From an uncultured Clostridia bacterium (lineage in GTDB: Bacteria > Bacillota > Clostridia > Oscillospirales > UBA644), in NCBI GenBank assembly GCA_947305805.1, contig CAMZEM010000002.1, positions 220-64,219 on the forward strand: a stretch of 64,000 bases of DNA. Direction: 5' to 3'. Position numbers and translations under genes: made by a program. The notes under the pieces are model-generated. The model saw only the letters and a list, made by a program, of their open reading frames with translations, had not been told where the DNA came from and ran no database searches. Positions 9,223 through 15,385 of the stretch are shown here, piece by piece. Position 1 is the first letter of the stretch, and every line of letters begins with the position of its first letter.

Positions 9223-10551
9223 CTAAATTATCGTTTCAATATACTCGCAGAATTCGTCGGTAAGACCGAGATCAAAAACAAGGCGGGAAAGAATGTATTT
9301 ATCCCGTATATCCTTTGTTGCGGCGAACGTTTCGGGAACGGTTGAAGAGTCTATGCCTATTTCCTTCGGCGTTTTGGGACATCCTACGCTGTCAAGCAGC
9401 TTTTCAAGCGTTTTTCCGGACGGTATCTCCTGCGCAACTATCTTTTTTATTCCGTCAAAGTTTTTTATAATCGCATCAATTCTTTTTCCGTAATTTTCAA
9501 ACGAATATTTGTTTTCTTTCTTTTCAAGCTCAATCATTGTTTCCGCGCCTTTTCCGAGAAAACGGCGAAGGTCCTGCCAATGCTCTGACAGACTGAAATT
9601 ATTAACGGCATATACCGCCTTTTCTCTGTTTGGCTCAACGGTGCAAAGCTTTTCATAAAGTTTTGCGCAGATCAGAGTGCCTATTGCGCACTGTATGCCG
9701 TGCGTTGACGAGCTGCAGCCGAATTCAAGCGCGCGCATATCCCATATATGCGAAAAATAATGTTCGTTGCCCGATGCCGGTCTTGACGCGTTTGCAAAGC
9801 TCATAGCCGCACCGGCATAAACAAGACCGTTGAAAACGGCTTCGACGGCGGCGTCCTCGCGGTTTTTAAGCCCTTCGGCGTTATCTACGCAGAGTTTTAC
9901 CGATTTTCGTATAAGAGCCGCAATATCATCGCAGTAGTATTCTCCGTTTATAAGGTGCGATATCCGCCACTCGGCAATGCTTATATATTTTGCTATAATG
10001 TCTCCGAGACCCGAAACAAGCGATTTTTCGGGCGCATTTTTAAGTATTTCGGTATCTCCTATAATAATATCCGCGCATCTGGACTGCAACGATACTTTCA
10101 GCCCGTCGCGGTCCACTGAAGAGGTCGCTGAGGCATATCCGTCCATGGAAGGGGCGGTAGCGACTATGATATATTTACTTTTAGATACGTTTGCAAGTAT
10201 CTTGCTTATATCGTTTATAACGCCCGACCCAACGCCCACAACGATGTCGCAGGAGGTGTCAAAATGCATAATTGCCGCCCCGACCGCCTTTTCGTCGGGT
10301 TTAACGTCTCCGTGCGGAAAAACGTATGACGAATAAGCAATTTCTTCGTTTTTCAGTATTTCCGTAACCTTTTCCCCGCATGCGGCAAAAGTGTTTTTAT
10401 CGGCAAGAATAAACGGTTTTGCCCCTCCGAGAAGCCGAAGCTTTTCGGGCAAAAGATTAATTGCTCCGTTCCCCGTAACTACTTCCGAAACGTCGCAGAG
10501 GTGATCTTTTCCGCATTTGCATCCGTGCGGCTTTATTCCTTCAACAGTCAT
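9223..10551 (-). CDS. iron-containing alcohol dehydrogenase family protein, sn-glycerol-1-phosphate dehydrogenase-like
   Basis: 442 aa. Rossmann-like GVGSGVINDISK and metal-site His residues (NEHYFSHIWD..STHG) fit the DHQS-like polyol-phosphate dehydrogenase fold. N-terminal HGCKCGKDHLC extension. The subfamily call is from memory of similar clostridial proteins. Confidence 0.6.
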   Translation of the reverse strand: MTVEGIKPHGCKCGKDHLCDVSEVVTGNGAINLLPEKLRLLGGAKPFILADKNTFAACGEKVTEILKNEEIAYSSYVFPHGDVKPDEKAVGAAIMHFDTSCDIVVGVGSGVINDISKILANVSKSKYIIVATAPSMDGYASATSSVDRDGLKVSLQSRCADIIIGDTEILKNAPEKSLVSGLGDIIAKYISIAEWRISHLINGEYYCDDIAALIRKSVKLCVDNAEGLKNREDAAVEAVFNGLVYAGAAMSFANASRPASGNEHYFSHIWDMRALEFGCSSSTHGIQCAIGTLICAKLYEKLCTVEPNREKAVYAVNNFSLSEHWQDLRRFLGKGAETMIELEKKENKYSFENYGKRIDAIIKNFDGIKKIVAQEIPSGKTLEKLLDSVGCPKTPKEIGIDSSTVPETFAATKDIRDKYILSRLVFDLGLTDEFCEYIETII

Positions 10552-10607
10552 TTAATCCTCGAAAACTTTTTTTTCAATAATATCATAAAATCACGAAACC
10601 GTCAAGC

Positions 10608-10652
10608 GTAAAAACAGAAAAACGGAAGAAATTTCAAAAGAAATCTCCTCCG
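10608..10652 (-). terminator. intrinsic terminator of the gpx-ohrR operon
   Basis: On the - strand acggaggagatttc / gaaatttcttccgt forms a stem with G-U pairs, followed by TTTTTCTGTTTTT. Confidence 0.7.
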
Positions 10653-10657
10653 TTTAT

Positions 10658-11101
10658 TCAATCTTTCAGCGTGTCAAGCAATTTGTAAAGCAGGGTGTAA
10701 AGCTGCAGGGCGTCGCTTTGTTCCATAGAAACGCATTTTGCCATTTTGTTCGGAATTTCCGCCGCTTTGTCTTTAAGCTTTTCGCCGTTTTCCGTTAGAC
10801 CGACGGTTACGGTCCGCTCGTCGCTTTTATCTCTTGTTTTGAAAACAAGCCCTTTTTCTTCAAGACTTTTTATAACGGGTGAAATTGTTCCCGAATCGAG
10901 AAAAAGCTTTTCGCCGAGTGATTTTACGTTTATGCTTTTCTCTTCCCACAGCACCATCATGGCGATATACTGCGTGTATGTGAGACCTATTCCGTCAAGG
11001 AAAGGCCTGTATTTTTTGATTATTTCCCTCGATGCGGCGTAAAGAGGAAAACAGATCTGGTTTTCCAGCTTCAAAGCGTCGTATTTTTCTGCTTTTTTCA
11101 T
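10658..11101 (-). CDS. ohrR: MarR family organic-hydroperoxide-sensing repressor OhrR (2-Cys type layout)
   Basis: 147 aa. LKLENQICFPLYAASREIIKKYRPFL...TYTQYIAMMVLWE is near-collinear with Bacillus subtilis OhrR, including the sensing Cys in the QxCF context (C17). A second Cys is at 123. Confidence 0.85.
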   Translation of the reverse strand: MKKAEKYDALKLENQICFPLYAASREIIKKYRPFLDGIGLTYTQYIAMMVLWEEKSINVKSLGEKLFLDSGTISPVIKSLEEKGLVFKTRDKSDERTVTVGLTENGEKLKDKAAEIPNKMAKCVSMEQSDALQLYTLLYKLLDTLKD

Positions 11102-11110
11102 TTTTTTGCC

Positions 11111-11653
11111 CTATCCGATGCATTCGGCAATTTTATCATTGAGAGTTTTCATATCCGTCGGCTCGAAACGCGCAACGATATTTCCTTCGCGGTCGATGAG
11201 AAATTTTGTAAAATTCCATTTGATGTTGCCGTTGTTTTTGTAATCTTTGTCGTTTTTCTTAACAACGCCCGAAAGAATTATGCTCATGGGCGATTTGCCG
11301 AAGCCCTCGAATTTTGTGTTTTCGGTGAGCCATTTGTAAAGGGGAATTGCGTTTTCGCCGTTAACGTCGATTTTCGCAAACTGCGGGAACGTTATGCCGA
11401 AACGGCCTTTGCAGAAAGTGTGAATCTCCTCGTTGTCGCCCGGCGCCTGTTCTCCGAACTGATTGCACGGAAAATCGAGAATTTCAAAACCTTTGTCCTT
11501 GTATTCCTCGTAAATTTTCTGTAGTTCTTCATATTGCGGCGTAAATCCGCAGCCCGTTGCTGTGTTTACTACCAGAACAACCTTGCCTTTGTATTCCGAA
11601 AGCGCATGGTCTTCGCCTTTTCTTGTTTTAACCGTAAAATCGTATAAGTTCAT
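11111..11653 (-). CDS. glutathione peroxidase family thiol peroxidase
   Basis: 180 aa. VVNTATGCGFTPQY (peroxidatic Cys), FPCNQFG and WNFTKFL are the three Gpx signature blocks. Confidence 0.9.
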   Translation of the reverse strand: MNLYDFTVKTRKGEDHALSEYKGKVVLVVNTATGCGFTPQYEELQKIYEEYKDKGFEILDFPCNQFGEQAPGDNEEIHTFCKGRFGITFPQFAKIDVNGENAIPLYKWLTENTKFEGFGKSPMSIILSGVVKKNDKDYKNNGNIKWNFTKFLIDREGNIVARFEPTDMKTLNDKIAECIG

Positions 11654-11678
11654 TTTTATTCCTCCGTTTGATTTAGTT

Positions 11679-11728
11679 CAATTCAATTGAGTTCAATTTA
11701 TTTTAACCGATTTTTATCTGTTTGTCAA
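11679..11728 (-). promoter_or_regulatory. promoter TTGACA-17-TAAAAT with an OhrR-type operator (CAATT-n-AATTG) over the predicted transcription start
   Basis: On the - strand TTGACA is at 11728-11723 and TAAAAT at 11705-11700. The perfect inverted repeat CAATTgAATTG follows at 11689-11679, with a third CAATT half-site at 11698-11694. Confidence 0.6.
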
Positions 11729-11788
11729 CGGCGAAACGGAAACGAAAATGTAAAAAAATTATAAAATAGTATTATGACACAATAATAC

Positions 11789-11817
11789 TTGAAATAATAT
11801 AAACGATATGATATATT
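11789..11817 (+). promoter_or_regulatory. candidate promoter TTGAAA-17-TATATT for the homocysteine methyltransferase gene
   Basis: TTGAAA 11789-11794, 17-nt spacer, TATATT 11812-11817. ATG at 11855 is preceded by AAGGGGGA. Confidence 0.45.
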
Positions 11818-11854
11818 AAACATAACGGAATTACGAAAAAGGGGGAATATAATA

Positions 11855-12700
11855 ATGAAAAGAAAAATCACGCTTCTTGACGGCGCGGTAGGTACAACTC
11901 TCTGGGCAATTGCGGAATCGCACGGCGCAAAAAAGGAGCCCGTATGGAAATATAATATCGATCATCCCGAATTCGTGCGGGAACTTACCGAAAAATACCT
12001 TGAAGCGGGCAGCGAAATAATACTTGCAAACACTTTCGGCGCAAACGGTCCCGCGGTAAAGTATTCGTCGTCCTACGACCCGAAAGACGTTATAACGGCG
12101 GGCGTAAACATTGCAAAAGAAGTGCTGAAGGGCTCTTCCGCAAAGCTCTGCATGGCTGTGGGACCTCTAACGCAGATACTTGAACCCTACGGAGATCTTG
12201 AAGAGGACGAATGCTTTGCAATTTACGAGGAAATGATTTCCGCCGGCATTGAAGCGGGCTGCGAAATGATAATGGTCCAGACTTTTATGGATCTTTCAAT
12301 GATGCGCATTGCCGCAACCGTTGCAAAAAGATACGGAGTTCCCGTTTTTTGCACGATGACTTTCGAAAAAGCCGGCAAAACAATGTTCGGCAATTCCGTT
12401 CAGGACGTTATAGATACGCTCGTTCCGCTCGGCATAGACGCAATAGGACTGAACTGCTCTCTCGGCCCGGACCTTGCGCTGCCGATAATAAAGGAGTTTG
12501 CCGAAAAAACAACGCTGCCCATAGTTTTCAAGCCGAACGCAGGCAAACCGATACTCAGCGCGGACGGCTCGACCTCAACGGCATACAGCGCGGAGCAGTT
12601 TGCAGAGGACATAAAGCCCGCCCTTGAATACGTATCATATATCGGCGGCTGCTGCGGCTCGGACTCAACATACGTCAAAGAAATAAAGAAGCTGCTGTGA
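11855..12700 (+). CDS. homocysteine S-methyltransferase family protein (stand-alone Hcy-binding domain)
   Basis: 281 aa. LLDGAVGTTLW, NTFGAN, GLNCSLGP and the C-terminal GGCCGSD zinc-site cysteines are typical of the Pfam S-methyl_trans domain. Confidence 0.8.
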   Translation: MKRKITLLDGAVGTTLWAIAESHGAKKEPVWKYNIDHPEFVRELTEKYLEAGSEIILANTFGANGPAVKYSSSYDPKDVITAGVNIAKEVLKGSSAKLCMAVGPLTQILEPYGDLEEDECFAIYEEMISAGIEAGCEMIMVQTFMDLSMMRIAATVAKRYGVPVFCTMTFEKAGKTMFGNSVQDVIDTLVPLGIDAIGLNCSLGPDLALPIIKEFAEKTTLPIVFKPNAGKPILSADGSTSTAYSAEQFAEDIKPALEYVSYIGGCCGSDSTYVKEIKKLL

Positions 12701-12720
12701 AGTTATAATAATATGTTAAT

Positions 12721-12753
12721 CCCTCTTTGTATGAATTGCAAAGAGGGATTTTG
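12721..12753 (+). terminator. intrinsic terminator
   Basis: Stem ccctctttg / caaagaggg (12721-12729 / 12739-12747), then ATTTTG. Confidence 0.6.
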
Positions 12754-12754
12754 A

Positions 12755-12808
12755 AATATGCAGGTTAACGCCGAAACCCTCCCGGGTTCGAATCCGATAC
12801 AGTACATA
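12755..12808 (+). pseudogene. decayed tRNA fragment (3' two-thirds of a tRNA-Ser-like gene)
   Basis: Contains GGGTTCGAATCC (12784-12795), but the T-stem and acceptor stem cannot pair. It aligns with the reverse complement of the intact tRNA-Ser at 14572-14659, including the trailing ATAACAAAA-GACAGCC. Confidence 0.45.
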
Positions 12809-12821
12809 ATAACAAAAAGAC

Positions 12822-12871
12822 AGCCAAAGGGAGAGGCTACGTAAGGAAGCAGCTTCTCCCTTCGGCTTTTG
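12822..12871 (+). terminator. terminator-like hairpin homologous to the one following tRNA-Ser
   Basis: agccaaagggagaggct / agcttctcccttcggct with loop acgtaaggaagc, then TTTTGT. Same loop and flanks as 14511-14558 on the other strand, but with different, compensated stem bases. Confidence 0.5.
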
Positions 12872-13030
12872 TAATCAGCCGGTACGCTATGATACTTTGC
12901 GGTTCTGCTGAAAGTATCATAGTGGGTTACACACTTTGAAAAAAGCTGCGTAACGGCAGAGCGAACCATTGAAAAAAATCAAGAAAGGAGCGATGAAGCA
13001 TTATAGCTTTTTTCTTAGAAAACAATATAA

Positions 13031-14179
13031 TCATATTTCCTTGATACGGTCAACAAGAGAGACAAACCGTGGATCGTCGTGTAATTTATTATAATAAACG
13101 TCATTTTTGTCCATCAGTACAACGTCAAGAAATTGAGGTAATTGTTTTACAGCGTGAACACCCTCGGATTTATCTTTTAATTTGCACGTAAGCGGCGATG
13201 TATAACAGTATTCACCGGACGAGCGCAATTTATCAAGATATCTGTCAAAAGCTTCAGCGTGCTCAAATGCGCGTTCGAGCGAGTCAAAAGCTTCGTCAAA
13301 GTTCGATTGGCTTAACTGTATTTCCGCGGCGGCAAGATATATACCGTGGACAACAACGTGATAGAATCCGTAATCATCTCCGAATATAAACCCGTACATA
13401 TCGAGAAGCTTTTCCAAAGCCTTCAATTTAACTGTGTTATCTTTTGCCTGCTGGTATATTTGATGATTCAAATGATCAAGACCGTCGACCATCAGGCGCT
13501 GACTATACATATCAGCTTCATCATCGTAACTGTATCTGAATGCTGTGGATAAGAAATCGTTTTTTGAATCAGGATAATGTTCCGCCAACTCGACAGCGCG
13601 TTGTTTTTCACCGATAGTACCGTATAAATAAATCAATAATTGCGTGCATTCATAGCGTATACTATCATCAACAGAAGTTAAGAGAAGCTCTTCCATGATC
13701 CTGCTCGGCTCTTCCCAACCCGGTACAGACCTGATTTTGTTTAGATTGCGTCTGTATTTGCCGTCGATTGTTACGCCGATCCTGTCGCAGGAGCGCCATG
13801 TATCATTCCATTTATACCACAAAGCCTGAGCCAAACGGAAAAGCAGCCTTTCATTTGCGGGAAATTCGGCAAGTGCCTGACGCATAAGCTCTACGCGTTC
13901 CTCTGCCGGTGACCATTTTCTGTAAAGATCGTCATAACGGGCGCAGTAATCGTCTATTTTTCGCTGTTTTTCATCAAGATCGTGACCGAAAAGCTCGTCA
14001 ATTGTGACGTTGAAAAAGTTTGCGATCGGCGTGAGATATTCAAGGTCGGGATAACCGATCTCGCTCTCCCATTTGCTGACCGCCTGCGCTGTGACGCCCA
14101 ATGCGTCAGCCAGTTTTTCCTGCGTCACGCCGTCGCGCTTGCGCAGCGACTTGATTTTTGCTCCTATTTTGATATTCAT
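13031..14179 (-). CDS. XRE-family HTH transcriptional regulator with long helical-repeat (TPR-like) C-terminal domain
   Basis: 382 aa. IKSLRKRDGVTQEKLADALGVTAQAVSKWESEIGYPDLEYLTPIANFFNVTIDELFG is a classic Cro/C1 HTH. The remaining roughly 310 aa are helix-rich with Ala/Leu/Tyr periodicity. Confidence 0.8.
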   Translation of the reverse strand: MNIKIGAKIKSLRKRDGVTQEKLADALGVTAQAVSKWESEIGYPDLEYLTPIANFFNVTIDELFGHDLDEKQRKIDDYCARYDDLYRKWSPAEERVELMRQALAEFPANERLLFRLAQALWYKWNDTWRSCDRIGVTIDGKYRRNLNKIRSVPGWEEPSRIMEELLLTSVDDSIRYECTQLLIYLYGTIGEKQRAVELAEHYPDSKNDFLSTAFRYSYDDEADMYSQRLMVDGLDHLNHQIYQQAKDNTVKLKALEKLLDMYGFIFGDDYGFYHVVVHGIYLAAAEIQLSQSNFDEAFDSLERAFEHAEAFDRYLDKLRSSGEYCYTSPLTCKLKDKSEGVHAVKQLPQFLDVVLMDKNDVYYNKLHDDPRFVSLVDRIKEI

Positions 14180-14216
14180 GTTTCCTCCGAATATTTGAAT
14201 TCACCGGTGTAACTCT

Positions 14217-14244
14217 ATTATATCAGAATATAGAGCAAAGTCAA
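14217..14244 (-). promoter_or_regulatory. candidate promoter TTGACT-16-TGaTATAAT for the XRE regulator
   Basis: On the - strand TTGACT is at 14244-14239 and the extended -10 TATAAT at 14222-14217. The short inverted repeat ctctat/atagag overlaps the -10. Confidence 0.5.
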
Positions 14245-14510
14245 TTATCAATTTGTTGTTGTCAATACAACGAATCGTTGACGGCGTGTATCTTTTCACA
14301 CTTTTGATATAATCATTACCTTCAAAAAATGTACATTGACGGTCAGCGGGTACAGCTTATCGAAATTTACTTCAACGGCGTCGGCATCGTAGAAGAAATG
14401 ACGCCCGAACAGATGGAAGAAGCCTTTCAGCAACGCCACAACGCCACAAACAAAACGGCGTAACCGAAGCGGTCACGCCAAATTACCACAAATCAAATAT
14501 CAATTTAGAT

Positions 14511-14558
14511 ACAAAAGCCGCCTTGGGGCATCTTCCTTACGGAGGATGCCCCAAAGGC
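14511..14558 (-). terminator. intrinsic terminator after tRNA-Ser
   Basis: On the - strand gcctttggggcatc / gatgccccaaggcggc forms a stem with loop ctccgtaaggaa, followed by TTTTGT. Confidence 0.7.
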
Positions 14559-14571
14559 TGTCATTTTGTTA

Positions 14572-14659
14572 TGGCGCAGGAAGAGGGATTCGAACCCCCG
14601 TGGCTTTTGGCCAAACGGTTTTCAAGACCGCCTCGTTATGACCGCTTCGATATTCCTGC
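14572..14659 (-). tRNA. tRNA-Ser (anticodon UGA), class II with long variable arm, encoded CCA
   Basis: Reverse complement: GCAGGAA-TA-...GCGGT-CTTGAAA-ACCGT-TTGGCCAAAAGCCAC-GGGGG-TTCGAAT-CCCTC-TTCCTGC-G-CCA. The acceptor, anticodon and T stems all pair. It closely resembles Bacillus tRNA-Ser(UGA). Confidence 0.9.
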
Positions 14660-14690
14660 ATATTTGTACCGATCAACTTCGGTAATATAT

Positions 14691-14719
14691 ATTATACAAT
14701 AATCGTTGCGATTTGTCAA
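14691..14719 (-). promoter_or_regulatory. promoter TTGACA-17-TGtTATAAT for tRNA-Ser
   Basis: On the - strand TTGACA is at 14719-14714 and TATAAT at 14696-14691 with an upstream TG, about 30 nt before the mature tRNA 5' end. Confidence 0.65.
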
Positions 14720-14764
14720 TAATCGCAGTCAAAAGAATTATGAAATATTTTTGACTGCATAACG

Positions 14765-14800
14765 AAAAAATCTCCGGCAAACCCTTAAGATTTGCCGGAG
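14765..14800 (-). terminator. intrinsic terminator after rubrerythrin
   Basis: Stem ctccggcaaa / tttgccggag (14772-14781 / 14791-14800). U-runs are available on both strands. Confidence 0.75.
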
Positions 14801-14820
14801 TGTGTTTTTTTTGCTGTTTA

Positions 14821-15357
14821 TCAATAATTTTCCGCTTTAACTTCAAAGTAAGCCTGAGGGTGATTGCATACGGGGCAGACTTCGGGAGCGGCTTCGCCGT
14901 AGTGGATATGTCCGCAGTTTGCGCATTTCCATGCCGTCATTGTCGGCTTTTTAAACGCTCTGCCCGAATTGATGTTTTCAAGAAGCTTTAAATATCTTTC
15001 TTCGTGCTCTTTTTCTATTGCCGCTACGCCTTCAAAAAGCGCCGCAATGTCGTCAAAGCCCTCTTCTCTTGCTGTTTTTGCAAAGTCGGCATACATTTGA
15101 GTCCACTCAAAGTTTTCGCCCTGTGCCGCAGCGAGCAGGTTTTTATCCGTTTTTGCTACGCCGCCGTGAAGGAGCTTATACCAGAGTTTTGCATGTTCTT
15201 TTTCGTTGGCGGAAGTTTCCGCGAAAATGTTGCTTATCTGAACGTAGCCGTCCTTTTTTGCCTGAGAAGAATAATACTGATATTTAACGCATGCCTGAGA
15301 TTCGCCCGCAAATGCGGTTTCGAGATTTTTTTCGGTTTTACTGCCTTTAAGATCCAT
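14821..15357 (-). CDS. rbr: rubrerythrin
   Basis: 178 aa. N-terminal ferritin-like diiron domain ([15 protein letters not shown]...EKEHAKLW...EKEHEERY) plus a C-terminal rubredoxin-like CANCG...CPVC. Confidence 0.9.
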   Translation of the reverse strand: MDLKGSKTEKNLETAFAGESQACVKYQYYSSQAKKDGYVQISNIFAETSANEKEHAKLWYKLLHGGVAKTDKNLLAAAQGENFEWTQMYADFAKTAREEGFDDIAALFEGVAAIEKEHEERYLKLLENINSGRAFKKPTMTAWKCANCGHIHYGEAAPEVCPVCNHPQAYFEVKAENY

Positions 15358-15385
15358 TTTATTGTCCTCCGTTGTTTAAATTGTT

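Noticed and set aside
11654-11854. Possible SAM or other riboswitch upstream of the homocysteine S-methyltransferase gene, and a T-box or leader upstream of cimA at 44496-44722
   Set aside because: Both spacers are very AT-rich. They lack the conserved helices and boxes I would expect (SAM-I core, T-box sequence), and the space between the predicted -10 and the start codon is only about 40-60 nt. An Rfam scan would be needed to exclude small unknown elements.
12703-12969. 88-aa minus-strand ORF in the region between the methyltransferase gene and the XRE regulator
   Set aside because: It runs across the tRNA remnant and two hairpins, has no SD and resembles no protein family. The region is better explained as non-coding scar sequence.
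12700-14800. Integrated prophage or integrative element at tRNA-Ser
   Set aside because: No integrase, excisionase, transposase or phage-like ORF is present, and the tRNA-derived repeats are inverted rather than direct. Only a scar or regulator island can be supported.
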